A DNA stretch of 62,688 nt, filler included, from an uncultured Methanosarcinales archaeon (GTDB lineage: Archaea > Nanobdellota > Nanobdellia > Woesearchaeales > JABMPP01): the NCBI GenBank assembly GCA_964604995.1. It is 15 parts of 15 records of this genome, joined end to end, with 100 filler letters (N's around TTAATTAATTAA, not from the genome) between each part and the next. Parts side by side here need not be neighbours in the genome. Positions count along the whole stretch, not along the records: positions 39,775 to 43,591 come from CAZSAD010000059.1; positions 43,692 to 46,453 come from CAZSAD010000061.1; positions 46,554 to 49,143 come from CAZSAD010000062.1; positions 49,244 to 51,574 come from CAZSAD010000063.1; positions 51,675 to 53,668 come from CAZSAD010000065.1; 10 more parts are not named here. One strand, written 5' to 3'. A program made the translations under genes and the position numbers. Under the pieces are notes generated by a model. The model was not told the origin of the DNA. It searched no databases and worked only from the letters and a program-made list of their open reading frames with translations. Positions 40,030 to 51,776 of the stretch are shown piece by piece (within the stretch, counting starts at the first letter, position 1; the number at the start of each line of letters is the position of its first letter).

Positions 40030-40755
40030 ATGGGAGATGTATTTGAACAAGCACTTTATTTGAAAGATTGCTACCAAAAAGAGTTTGAAACACAAGTAAT
40101 TAGTATTACCGATGGAAAATATGTTGTTTTGAAAGAAACTTTATTCTATCCAAATTCAGGTGGACAACCAAATGACACTGGAATTTTATTAACTGAAAGT
40201 GGACAAATATTCAAAATAGTTTTTGTTGCAAAAGTTGGTGATAATATCAGCCATGAAATTGACCATGAAGGATTAAATATTGGAGATAAAGTAAAAGGAA
40301 TAGTTGATTGGGATAGAAGATATAAGCATATGCGCTACCATACAGCTTCCCATGTATTATCTGGAATAATTCATAAATTAACAAATGCTGAAATAACTGG
40401 AAACCAGATTAATTTAGATAAAACAAGAGTTGATTTTGATCTTGAAAATTTTGATAGGGAGCAGATAAATAAATTTGAAATTGAAACAAATAGGATAATT
40501 AGTGAAAATAAAGATGTAGTTACTAAATTTTTAACTAGAGATGAAGCATTTCAAATTCCAGCAATAGTAAAACTCAAAAAAGCTTTTCCTGAAGATATTA
40601 AAACAATAAGAGTTGTTGAGATTGTTGGATTTGATAGTCAAGCTTGTGGTGGAACACACATTAACAACACATCTGAAATAAAAGGTATCAAAATGATAAA
40701 AGCAGAAAATAAGGGCAAGAATAACAGAAGAGTATATTTTGAATTATTAGAATAA
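40030..40755 (+). CDS. alaXM: Free-standing alanyl-tRNA editing protein AlaX-M
   Basis: FYPNSGGQPND, HTASH, ACGGTH. Confidence 0.93.
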   Translation: MGDVFEQALYLKDCYQKEFETQVISITDGKYVVLKETLFYPNSGGQPNDTGILLTESGQIFKIVFVAKVGDNISHEIDHEGLNIGDKVKGIVDWDRRYKHMRYHTASHVLSGIIHKLTNAEITGNQINLDKTRVDFDLENFDREQINKFEIETNRIISENKDVVTKFLTRDEAFQIPAIVKLKKAFPEDIKTIRVVEIVGFDSQACGGTHINNTSEIKGIKMIKAENKGKNNRRVYFELLE

Positions 40756-40798
40756 TTCTTAGATATGAATTATTTACAATTTAATTTAGGATATAATT

Positions 40799-42505
40799 TT
40801 ATTTATGGGTGTACCAAAATTTGTAAATTTTTTCATTACCTAAAATTTCAATGGAATCTAATTTACAAAAACCAAATCTTTCAAACTGAATTATCTCCCC
40901 AATTTTTAGATTTTTAATTGTTTCTTCACCTAGCCCATTTCGTTTTGATTTATCAGGCATCATGATTTCAACTTTTTGTAAAGTTGAAGATAATGGTAGC
41001 CAATGCATTATTTTTTTGCCTTTTCCTTTGTATTTATCATGCTCTTTTGAATCAAAAACATAATTGCCATTTGTTTTTGTAAAATTTAAGCAATCCATTA
41101 ACCTATAAAGCTCGCCTTCTTTTAATTGTTCTACATCTAAATTTGCTAAGTAGAATACATCGTGAGTTTTTAAATTTCTAGTTCCCCTATCTGCATGTTC
41201 TGGATGAAATTTTAAATGACATTCTTGTAATGGTGCATTATTTATTTTAATTTTTATAGGAGTATCAATGAAAAAATACCTATTACAATTTGAATCTAAA
41301 AGTCTTCTATTTTGAACAATTAAATCATCCCAAGTAAGTGTTGCTTCAGTTTTTGTAATTCCGGTTGAAATAACAAAATTTTTAATTGCCTCAGGTAAAA
41401 ACCCTCGTCTTCTAAGAGCAACAAGAGTTGTAAGAGATGGATCATCCCATCCTAGCATTTCTCCTTTTTCTATTTTATCCCTAATTATTCTACCTGAACT
41501 TTCAACACCTTCAAGATTAAATCTTGCAAACTCATATACTTTTGTTTGCTCAAATCCCAAGGCATTTTGAATGTATCTTTGCAATTCATTTCTAAGTTCA
41601 AATTCTTTTGTTCTAAGCCTATGTGTAACTTTAGTTAGTCCATCCATTACTGAATTTTCAAAATCATAATTTGGCCAAACCCTATATTTTTTGCCAGTAA
41701 GAACATGCTCATGCTCAATTATTCTCATAATAACTGGGTCACGCATAGTTGTATTCGCATGCTGTAAATCAATTTTCATTCGAAGAACAGCTTCACCTTC
41801 TCGCATGATAAACATATCTTTCCATTCCTGCATATTTTTTTTCTCGCTGTTTTGTCTGCATGAACATTCTATTCCCTTATTTCTATTCTCGCGCATTTTT
41901 TCCTGCTCGCACATGCAAACATAGGCTTTTCCTTTCTTGATTAGCTCTTCAGCAAAAATATAAAATTCTTCCATGTGATTTGATGCATTATCAATATTAT
42001 CAGGTTCAATTCCTAGCCATTTGTAATTTTCTAAATGAATGTCATAGAATTCTTTTTTTGCAAGTTCAGGATTTGTATCTTCAAATCTTAAATAGAATTT
42101 GCCATTATACTGTTTAGCTAACATATAATTTAACAAGATTGCTTTTGCATGACCGATATGTGGATATTTGCTTGGTTCAGGAGGAAATGCTGCTGCAACA
42201 TATTCTCCATCTCTAATTCCAAGAAAAGAATAAATATTTCTATCCTCTTGTTTTTTATCTTTTTTTGGCTGCTCGTTTAATAATTCAGGTGCAACTTTTT
42301 CAAGTGCACTTTTTTGCTCTTCAATTGACATAGCATTAACTTGCATAATTATTTGATCAACTTTAGATTTTATTTCTGCAGATTGCTTTCTAGCTTCTGG
42401 ATCTTCGGCTAAAATTTTACCTAGAACAGCTTTATCAGTAGCTTTTCCATTAAATTTTAGTGCATTAGCTAAAGAGTAGGCTAAAATCTTTGTATCCGTA
42501 TCCAT
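40799..42505 (-). CDS. gltX: Glutamyl-tRNA synthetase (archaeal)
   Basis: FPPEPSKYPHIGH, RFEDTNP, GWDDP, QFERFGF; start moved to ATG 42505. Confidence 0.95.
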   Translation of the reverse strand: MDTDTKILAYSLANALKFNGKATDKAVLGKILAEDPEARKQSAEIKSKVDQIIMQVNAMSIEEQKSALEKVAPELLNEQPKKDKKQEDRNIYSFLGIRDGEYVAAAFPPEPSKYPHIGHAKAILLNYMLAKQYNGKFYLRFEDTNPELAKKEFYDIHLENYKWLGIEPDNIDNASNHMEEFYIFAEELIKKGKAYVCMCEQEKMRENRNKGIECSCRQNSEKKNMQEWKDMFIMREGEAVLRMKIDLQHANTTMRDPVIMRIIEHEHVLTGKKYRVWPNYDFENSVMDGLTKVTHRLRTKEFELRNELQRYIQNALGFEQTKVYEFARFNLEGVESSGRIIRDKIEKGEMLGWDDPSLTTLVALRRRGFLPEAIKNFVISTGITKTEATLTWDDLIVQNRRLLDSNCNRYFFIDTPIKIKINNAPLQECHLKFHPEHADRGTRNLKTHDVFYLANLDVEQLKEGELYRLMDCLNFTKTNGNYVFDSKEHDKYKGKGKKIMHWLPLSSTLQKVEIMMPDKSKRNGLGEETIKNLKIGEIIQFERFGFCKLDSIEILGNEKIYKFWYTHK

Positions 42506-42640
42506 AGCATTGTGGTTGGAGTAATGGTATAAAAAAGTTTGCGATACCAAACAAATTTAATTTATATTTGATTTGTATATAACTATTATAAAATAGTAAA
42601 AAAATAAAGCTTTAAATAATATGGTCTTTTTTTATCAATA

Positions 42641-43591
42641 ATGGGATTAGATATTACAAATTTTGAAAAAAATGTAGATATTGATTCTGAATTATTACAA
42701 CAAAAATTAAAAGGTGCAAAACCTTCAATATTGATTATTGCAGGTTCTGGTCTTGGTAGTTTAGCTGAAAAAGTTTCGAAGCAAAAAAATAGTATCTCGG
42801 TTCCATATAAATCACTGATGCACTATCCTATTCCTTCAGTTGAAGGCCATAGTGGAAGATTTGTATTAACTCCCCAAGGTGAAGTATTAATTGCTGATGG
42901 GAGAGTACATTTCTATGAGAATAAAGATTATTTCAAGGGAAAACCCTCAAAACTTTACAGTGAAGAAGAAGCATTTTTGCGAACAATATATCCAGCTTTT
43001 GTAACTCCAAAACTCGGCATAAAAAATGCAATAATTACAGATTTAGTTGGCGCTTTATATGAAAATACCAAAGTTGGAGATATAATAATGATTGATGATT
43101 TTGCAAGAGCATTTGGTTTTCCTGATATGGCAAAATATGTTGGAAAAATTTTTCAAGATCCAAGAGATACTTATTCTGAAAGATTTAGAGGTCTTGCATT
43201 TGAAGTTGCTAGACAAATGGGCCTTATAGAAAAAAGACAACCAAAAAATCGTAATAGATTAGTACATCAAAATGCAACTTTTGCAATTGTGACTGGCCCA
43301 ACTTTTGAATCACAAGCAGAATATGAAATATTAAGAAATAGTCTTAATCCTACTTATGCAGGGGAAGATAGTAAACTAATTAGGAAACTGCAAGATTTAG
43401 AAAATAATGAATATCATCATGTAGTTGGTATGGCGGGTGTTCCTGAAGCATACCATCTAGCCCAACAAGGAGTTAATGTATTACATCTTACAATAGCAAG
43501 TGATATTGGCATATCTTCTTTGCAAGATAATACAGCACATGGTGAAAATCTTAGAATCGCACAAGAAACAGAACCAATATTAATAAAATAT
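42641..43591 (+). CDS. Purine nucleoside phosphorylase-like protein, divergent (3' truncated)
   Basis: GSGLG, VEGHSG, GRVHFYE, GPTFES.AE, VGM..VPE. Confidence 0.8.
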
Positions 43592-43766
43592 NNNNNNNNN
43601 NNNNNNNNNNNNNNNNNNNNNNNNNNNNNNNNNNNTTAATTAATTAANNNNNNNNNNNNNNNNNNNNNNNNNNNNNNNNNNNNNNNNNNNNAGGCAATCT
43701 TATTATTAATTCAGGATTTGAAATTAATTAAAATAAAATTGTAAAAATAATAATTATTCAGAAAAA

Positions 43767-46453
43767 ATGAATAAAAGAAATAAAAAAATTCAGAAAAAAT
43801 TGTATATTCAATTTTTAGTAGCAGTTATGCTCTTTACTTTTTTTATTAATGTTGTTAATGCTTATATGAGTTGTGAAATAAAATATGACGATAAAAGTAG
43901 TATTACTCCGTGCGATAGTTCTATTAATGGCAATGTAATGTTTCGAATTTATGACGAGGGTACACATGCAGTAACTGGAATAACAAATAGACATATATCA
44001 TATTATAATGATGTCGGTGCTCAATTTCCTTGGGATTATTCTCTTGCTGTTTGTTGTAATCAAGTTTCTGGGCATAGTTATATTGGAAAAAATAATGAAG
44101 TTTTGAGAATGTTTAGTTATAGCGGTAATACTTATTATGGTTCACATACAGAGCAAAATAATCTTATTGATCAAGATTATTCCCCTATTTATTTTGGAAC
44201 AAAAGAAAATAATGTTGAATGTGTAAATTATGAAAGTACAACTACGACAAAGAATGGAACAGAATCTTGCAATGAATTAGGTGAAGAATATACTTGTGCA
44301 ATAAAATTGTATCAAGAATCTGATTCGCACGTTTCTAGTTGTGATGTTTTGAATAGTGTAACACCAATTAGTGTTTGCTGTAGGCAAAATGTTAATATTC
44401 CTGGATGGAAAATAATTGGGCCAAGGCCTGATAGTGTGACATTGGTTACTCCTCCTGCTAGACCTACAAATCCTGATCTTTCAAAATATATTCCAAGTGA
44501 TGATGATTTTGGAAACAAAGCATTAAACATCACAATTCTTACTGCAAAAAGTGGTTCAGGTATTGCAACAAATAATATTGCAGTAAAACCTAACACAAAA
44601 TATGAAGCAAGTGTTTGGGTTTATATTACAGAATCCCCAGAAAATAATGTTAAAGGATGGGTACTTGCAATTAATCAATCGAATGAAATCACAAGTTCTG
44701 TAAATTATGTTTACATAAAAGATGAAACATTTGTAAATTCAGAAACAGTTGTAAAACAATGGATTAGATTAAGTAGAACATTTACTACTAATTCAGATAC
44801 CACGCATGTTAGTGTTATGTTCACTACAAAGAATGACTCAGATACAAAAGGTATAATTATTCTTGATGATTTTAATTTAGTTAAAGTTGTTGGCAATCAA
44901 AATTTAAATGATCCGATACCTTATTTGGCATCAGATTATAGTTATGGTTGTTGCAATGCAAATGAATGCTGGAATGGTAAACAGTGCATTGAAATTGGAG
45001 ATTTAAGAACAAGTTATAGTCAATGGCCTTATCCAGTTTGTTTAGATGATGGAGTATCTTCAACCAATTGGTCATTGCCGTATAAAAAAGAACATTGGAT
45101 GACACTAAAGGATAAAATTACTGGCAATTATATTTTTGGTGAACAATGGAATTATTGTCCACTTTCAAATCAATGCTGGCAAACAAATATTTTCGAAGAT
45201 TACACTAGTTATAGTGCTACTAATTTTGCAAAAGGATGTTTATTGCCTGGAGATATTGGGAAGGATAGAGTATGTAATGTTGATGCTCCAACTCCAAATG
45301 AGTTTACTAATGATGATGGCTGGGGTTCCCAAACACAAGTTCTTCTTGCAAATATATTAACAATAGCAGATAATTTAAAAGAGGATAATTATACAATTGT
45401 ATGTGATAGTGCAGATTGTTTTACAAGTACACTATCAAATTCTGAGATATGTTCCCCTTATAGTGTGACATGTGTTTATAGAAGCCAAGAAAAAAACACA
45501 ATAATTGTTGGAATAATTTACAATAAAAGTATTAGTGATGTTGAGTATGCACACATAGGTAATATTAATTTGACAACTGCATGCAGGCAAAGAGACCAAA
45601 AAGATCACAAAATAAGCAATTATTTGTATGAAGTATTAGGTATACAATATGGGGATAATTTTTTAGATGCCCCCCCTTCTGAGTTATATAGATGTTTTAA
45701 TAATGAACAAGGTTTTACAAATGCAGAACTGCGGGGCAATAATGCTCGAACTGATAGACACAAAATCCAAAGTATGGGATTTAACAATATCACAAATATT
45801 TTTTTAATTAGCAATAAAAATTTAGACTATAAAGGAATACTTGGGACTGGAATTGATTTGTCAATTCTTAATGAATCATTAAGTGATATAAAATATTATT
45901 GGGATAATCCAGATAAATTACCACCCGATATGTCCAATCATGGACCAGCAGGCTATGGAATAGATTTAGAGCCACTCATTAATCAAAGCAAATTATTGAA
46001 TAATATATTTTTACATAAGAGCAGTAATAATAAAAATACAACAGTAATTATAGAAAAACAAGGAGATTATGCAAGTTATGTTGCTGCACTATATCGCAGT
46101 CCGAATGTGAGTAATGGAATTTGCAACGCAATTTATGATCAGTATTACACTCTTGATTTAAAATATCTTAGAAACAAAGATGAATATAATATTATACCAG
46201 GTTATGGACAAGAATATAGATGGTTTGATTGTTCAGATATCATCTCGTTACCGAATTATAATAAAACAGATATATTTGCTTTGATTACTAATGTAGTAGA
46301 GCATGAATCAACAACTTATAATAATAATTTGGGTCCAAAATTTGTTTATAATTTTTGGCAAAGCACAACTAGAAACTTCAGGGATTTTAGCTACTGTGCT
46401 TATAGGTGGGATTATGTTAATTTAACTGTTCCTACTGAAGTTTATAATGAATA
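43767..46453 (+). CDS. Large secreted Cys-rich protein with a CBM4/9-like domain (3' truncated)
   Basis: Signal peptide; VKPNTKYEASVWV...WIRLSRTFTT...LDD; many CC and CW motifs. Confidence 0.75.
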
Positions 46454-46564
46454 NNNNNNNNNNNNNNNNNNNNNNNNNNNNNNNNNNNNNNNNNNNNTTA
46501 ATTAATTAANNNNNNNNNNNNNNNNNNNNNNNNNNNNNNNNNNNNNNNNNNNNTTTTTTTATTA

Positions 46565-47782
46565 TCATGCAATTTCGCCTTTAAAAGCCTTTTGCATCAA
46601 AGCATCGAATAAAGTGTTTATTTCTTCTGTTGATTCTTTTTGATTTTCTTTGATTGATTCTATTTTCTCAACAAGAGAGGCGAATTGGTTTTGAAGGGAG
46701 ATTGGAGGGATTGGAACCCTAAAGTTACCGATTTGATTAAAATTAAGTGCTTGTCTGGTTGCTCCAGCATTTCTTAGTAAAATGTAATTTTGCATTTTTT
46801 TACTTGATAAGAAATAATTTAAATAAAGTTGATTAATAGGTGGATTTTCTTTTAAGCGAATTATACAAACGTGTTGATTTACATTTGCCATATTATCTTC
46901 TCCATTATAGATTGCAGTTCTACCTATTGATGCCCCAGTTATGTTTATCAGCACATCATTTTTTTTAACCCATGTTCTATCCATTTTGGTATGAATTTCC
47001 TCAGAGATATATAATTTATCGTGTTGGCTAAATTTATTCATTAAAACATTTTGACTTCTAATAAAGACTATTTCCCCTTTATCAAGGTAGTTCTTGCTTC
47101 CACCCAATGGTGTTGAGCCACTTGAAATCAAAGAAGTCATATTTCTTAAATTAGATTCTTCAAAATTTTTTGATTCAAAGAAAAAATGAAATAAATTCTG
47201 GATTATGCTATCAATCTCCTCATTCGCCTCTTGGCGCAGGTTTTTCAGCTTCTCTGCTCTTTCAAGAATGGAGACGATTCGTTTTTGAGTTTGTATTGGT
47301 GGAACAGGGATTAAAATATTTTCAATATCTCCTTTTTTTAAATTGTTTATATTTGTCCCACTTGAAGCTTTAGATATTTCTCTTTTGTAATGGTTTGACT
47401 GGAATATAAATTTAACAAACTTATTTTCAACTTCTTTGTTTGTTCTATAAATAGAACAAAAAGCTCCAACTGTATATTTTTTAAGATTATCATTATTAAA
47501 CTGAACAGATTTTCCCAAAAGATGCTTACTACCACTTGACATACATATAAGAATGTCTCCATTAATTATTAATTGCCCATCCTTAACTGAATTTCTGTCA
47601 ACAAATTTGATGCTTTCGTAATTTAGTTTATTATTATCTATGTTATTTGCTCTAAAAAGTATAACTGTGAAATCACTATATTCTTCACTTAAATTATTCG
47701 GATTATAAGAAACCCCCCTAATACATTCTCCAATTTCCCCTAATTTTTTCCATTCCCAATCACTTTTATTTTGTTGTTTCAT
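46565..47782 (-). CDS. hsdS: Type I R-M specificity subunit
   Basis: Two TRDs; IPVPPIQTQKRIV and LFDALMQKAFKGE conserved regions. Confidence 0.95.
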   Translation of the reverse strand: MKQQNKSDWEWKKLGEIGECIRGVSYNPNNLSEEYSDFTVILFRANNIDNNKLNYESIKFVDRNSVKDGQLIINGDILICMSSGSKHLLGKSVQFNNDNLKKYTVGAFCSIYRTNKEVENKFVKFIFQSNHYKREISKASSGTNINNLKKGDIENILIPVPPIQTQKRIVSILERAEKLKNLRQEANEEIDSIIQNLFHFFFESKNFEESNLRNMTSLISSGSTPLGGSKNYLDKGEIVFIRSQNVLMNKFSQHDKLYISEEIHTKMDRTWVKKNDVLINITGASIGRTAIYNGEDNMANVNQHVCIIRLKENPPINQLYLNYFLSSKKMQNYILLRNAGATRQALNFNQIGNFRVPIPPISLQNQFASLVEKIESIKENQKESTEEINTLFDALMQKAFKGEIA

Positions 47783-48793
47783 TTACGCAACCCATGAATT
47801 TAATTTTGATTGTTTTACATCATAATATGGCATCTTTAATTCTCTTTCAGAATAAAATTGGTCTTTTTTAAAAATTTCCATTAAGTTGCCTTCAAGATTA
47901 AATAATAGATTTTTGCTGTCTTCTAACTTAAACTTTGGAAAAAAGCTGATTTTTTGTTTTTTGTAATATCCATATTCACTAAATCTATTATGAGGTTCTT
48001 TCAGCATTTTTTCTATTAGTGGTCTTAGAATCATAGCGATCTCCTTTTTTAGAGAATCGTCAGATAAATAGAATATGTTTTGTGTTACTGTGCCTATAAT
48101 CAAATCTATGTATTGAATTAAATGAGCTTCAATATAACTGTTTTTTTTTAACTTTATATGGATGTTATGATCTGATTCCAAGAAATTAATGTTTGTATCC
48201 TCAATAATACATTTACCTGATATAGATTCATTAAGTTTCATTAAATTTAGTTCTGGAAAATACTCGTGAAACTCTTGACTTCCTTTATCATGGTACACTT
48301 TTTTTATTATAACCTTTTCAAATTCAGAGAAAAAAATTGTTATACCATAATGCATTACAGTTCTAAAAAATTTATTATAGATGTTATTATGGTAATTTTC
48401 AGTACCAAAATTATTTATTTCTAACATCTCTAAATCAATGTAGAGAATGTTTATAAAAATTAACTCCTTATTATTTCTATTATGTTCAATAAGGTAATTC
48501 AGCCATCTTTTAGCAATCTTTATCTGCGAATTACTTGACCTGGCTTTTCTAATTTCAGTATGATGTATCTCGCACTTGTTATTATTGTGCCATTGTTCTT
48601 TGCATTCTTTAGAAAATGGGCAATCTGAATGATTCCAAACCCATTTTTTACTCTTTTCAAATAGGCATCTATGATTTATTAGATCAGAAACCAGGACTTT
48701 TTTTTTGTTTGATGGCACAAATAAACATCCTAAACAAATAAATTTTTCATTGATTATTTCGTCTGCAAAAACTTCTAATTCTATAGTTTTCAT
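47783..48793 (-). CDS. DUF3800-like protein with a Cys/His insertion
   Basis: N-terminal VFADE, CEIH, YNKF, YHD, IQYIDL (QxxD motif). Confidence 0.55.
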   Translation of the reverse strand: MKTIELEVFADEIINEKFICLGCLFVPSNKKKVLVSDLINHRCLFEKSKKWVWNHSDCPFSKECKEQWHNNNKCEIHHTEIRKARSSNSQIKIAKRWLNYLIEHNRNNKELIFINILYIDLEMLEINNFGTENYHNNIYNKFFRTVMHYGITIFFSEFEKVIIKKVYHDKGSQEFHEYFPELNLMKLNESISGKCIIEDTNINFLESDHNIHIKLKKNSYIEAHLIQYIDLIIGTVTQNIFYLSDDSLKKEIAMILRPLIEKMLKEPHNRFSEYGYYKKQKISFFPKFKLEDSKNLLFNLEGNLMEIFKKDQFYSERELKMPYYDVKQSKLNSWVA

Positions 48794-48806
48794 TTTTTAT
48801 TTTTCC

Positions 48807-49143
48807 TCACAACAGCCTCTTCACTTCCCTCTCCAATTCTTCTTTAGTGGGCAGATATAATTTATACTTTGAGACAAACATCTTCTTGCCTATACCAGAC
48901 AACGCAAACTCAACTTGAACATGGTCTTTTTCTGTGCAGAGAATTATTCCAATTGGCTCATTGTCATTTTCCTTATTTAATTCCTTTTTGACGTAATTTA
49001 AGTAGAAATTTAATTGCCCTGCATCTTCGTGTCTAAATTTAGAAGTTTTTAATTCAATAATCACGTAACATTCAAGATAAATGTTATAAAACAATAAATC
49101 TATATAAAAATGGTCATTGTCTATAGTAAATCTTTTCTGCCTG
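48807..49143 (-). CDS. YhcG/DUF1016 PD-(D/E)xK protein (5' partial)
   Basis: IDLLFY, IELK, AGQLNFY, IGIILC, SKYKLYLP. Confidence 0.9.
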
Positions 49144-49243
49144 NNNNNNNNNNNNNNNNNNNNNNNNNNNNNNNNNNNNNNNNNNNNTTAATTAATTAAN
49201 NNNNNNNNNNNNNNNNNNNNNNNNNNNNNNNNNNNNNNNNNNN

Positions 49244-49984
49244 TTAATAAGCTTGAGTAGCTGGTTACATGGACTTAATACTACTTTAGGACAATCTTTT
49301 TTTGAAAGTGTAGCCCATATCCTTTCGGGCGGAGACAAAAAAGAGTTTACAAAAAAGAAGAAAAGTTCATTATATATTAGCACTTTACAACAAAATGAAA
49401 TTTCTAATATAATTACAAATCTTAAAAGCAAATCCTGCACACCAAATGTCAATGATGAGAATAAAATTATATTCAAAATTGATAAATCCAAAGTAACAGA
49501 AGCAATGGACTTTACCGCAGATAATTATTTAGAAAATGATAAGGTTATTGAAGCAATTGAATTAAAGTCTGTCAAACCAAATTCAGGTGAGATGCGGGGA
49601 GAAAAACAGAAAATATTGATAGCCAAAGCAGCTCTTAAAAAGAGACATCCTTCTAAAAATATTCTGTTCTTTATTGGATTTCCATTTGATCCAACTTCAC
49701 CTACACCCACAAACAGCGATAAAAAAAGATTTATGGATTCAATAATAGAGTTTAATAAATTTTTCAGTCCTGATGAAGTTTTAGTCGGAGATGAATTATG
49801 GGATAGGTTATCTGGTGATAAAAATACCATGCAACAAATACTGGACATAATTAATAAAATTGCTACACCACATTTCATTAATAATTATAATTTTCTTAAG
49901 AATTCTATAAATAGAGCAACTTATCAACAACGTTATGAGTCTCTATTGAAGGAATGGAATCTCACTAATAACTCTTCTATTTAA
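49244..49984 (+). CDS. Type II restriction endonuclease, TdeIII/MjaII-like (5' partial)
   Basis: SSWLHGLNTTLGQSFFE, AD...IELKSVKPN; convergent with a methyltransferase gene. Confidence 0.75.
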   Translation, partial: LISLSSWLHGLNTTLGQSFFESVAHILSGGDKKEFTKKKKSSLYISTLQQNEISNIITNLKSKSCTPNVNDENKIIFKIDKSKVTEAMDFTADNYLENDKVIEAIELKSVKPNSGEMRGEKQKILIAKAALKKRHPSKNILFFIGFPFDPTSPTPTNSDKKRFMDSIIEFNKFFSPDEVLVGDELWDRLSGDKNTMQQILDIINKIATPHFINNYNFLKNSINRATYQQRYESLLKEWNLTNNSSI

Positions 49985-51574
49985 TTTTTATATTTGCCTT
50001 CTTCATATGAAATATTATCTCTGCATAAGGTTGCCTGTCTCTTTCTGTTCTATTTAATACAGGCCTCTTAAATTGCTCAACTATCTCTAAACTGCTTTTT
50101 TCTGCAATTTTAGGGTAAAGATTATATTTATCATTGGCAACAATAAAAAAATCTCCATTATCTTTGATAAATTGGCTTATGTTTATGAAGACTTTGCTTA
50201 TTCCCTCAACATACTCATCTTTTGCCTTTTGTCCTTGTCCTTTGAATAAAGGACCTATCTCTTTCTCGTCTTTTCTTGAAATCCCAAAAAGCTCGTAAGC
50301 GTAAGCATGTTGTTCATGGTAATCAATTTGACCAACATATGGTGGAGAAGTAAAAATTCCATCTATTTTTTTATTTACTAGAAGCCTGTAAAATTTAGGG
50401 TTTTGTTTTTTTATTTCTCTAAAAATATCTGCTTCTCTTGAATCTCCATGAATAACGCCAGTAAATGCTTTTTTCTTTATATTTGAAAAGTCCTTTAATC
50501 TTGAAACGGTATCAAAAGTATATCTTCTCAAATGACCATTTATTGTATTTAAAGGAGTGCATATTTTTTTATGCTTTCTGCAATAATAAGGTCCTGTTTG
50601 TGGCTCTTTTAATGTGGCTAAATCTGAGTGAGTTGTTGCTCTGCATGACCTCGCAGTTCTGCTTAATACAATCCTCATAATATTTTTTATTTTTTCATCT
50701 TTCTCATTTTCAATCAGTTTTAAGTAATAAAATAATTCTTGTCTAACTCTTTTTGAGAACCATTTTGACAAGAAACTATTCATCTTTTTTTCATCAAGGA
50801 GTATAGTTTTATCTTTAGTTCCGTTCTTTTCAAAAAATTCTTTATTTTCTTTAAGGAATTGCTTTAATTTTTCTTCTCCATAATTTTCTTCTTCAACCTC
50901 GCCTTTATGTACTTTCCTCTTAAATTCAGGATTTGGAAAGTATCTTTTATTAAAATTGCTTAATCTTTCTTTTAATTCAAAATCAAATGTATCATCAAAT
51001 ACTTTGTTGCTAAAATTAGTTGTTTGTGATAAGATATTTTTTAGAGTATAACTTAATTTGAAAATGTCATATTCATCTAATTTTACCCTTGAAATCATGC
51101 AATTAAAATCTGAAATATCAATTCCTATGGAATGTAACCCTAATTCAGAAGATTGTACCAGTGTTGTACCGCTTCCCATAAATGGATCAAGAATGATATT
51201 TCCCGCTTTAAAGAAAATTTGTTTCTTGTAATCGTTTAAATGGGAATCTAAAAAATACTCTACCAATTGAGGTATAAACTTTCCTTTGTAAGGATGTAAT
51301 CTATGAACATGCTTGGTAGTGTCAGATTCTCGTAAATTTGAAAATGACAAACCCCAATTTAAATCATTCCCTAATTGGCTTTTCCATGATTCTTGTTTTT
51401 TTGCTAAATGCTCATCATAGTATTTTTTAAGTTCATCTAAATTGACTTTTATTTTCTTTTCTTCATCAAGGTACTTTCTAATTTTTGCATATTGGATAAG
51501 ATAACTAATGTTAGAAGTGGTTACAGGTCTATCTAAATAATCGCTTGCCCATTGCGATGCTTGACCTAAAGATA
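49977..51574 (-). CDS. Amino (probably m4C) DNA methyltransferase with N-terminal HTH-like region (5' partial)
   Basis: HPYKGKFIPQ, DPFMGSGTT, TSPPY; frame open to the contig end (ASQWAS...SNISYLIQY). Confidence 0.9.
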
Positions 51575-51776
51575 NNNNNNNNNNNNNNNNNNNNNNNNNN
51601 NNNNNNNNNNNNNNNNNNTTAATTAATTAANNNNNNNNNNNNNNNNNNNNNNNNNNNNNNNNNNNNNNNNNNNNGTAAATTCTTACTAGGGACTGTATAA
51701 AATAATGTTAATAATATTATTTAGAACAACTCTTCTATTTTTTATATTTTATATTGCTTTTCTATGCTTTTTAATA

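Noticed and set aside
46554..51574. Type I and type II R-M genes as a single defence island
   Set aside because: They are on separate contigs joined by a linker; adjacency reflects size sorting.
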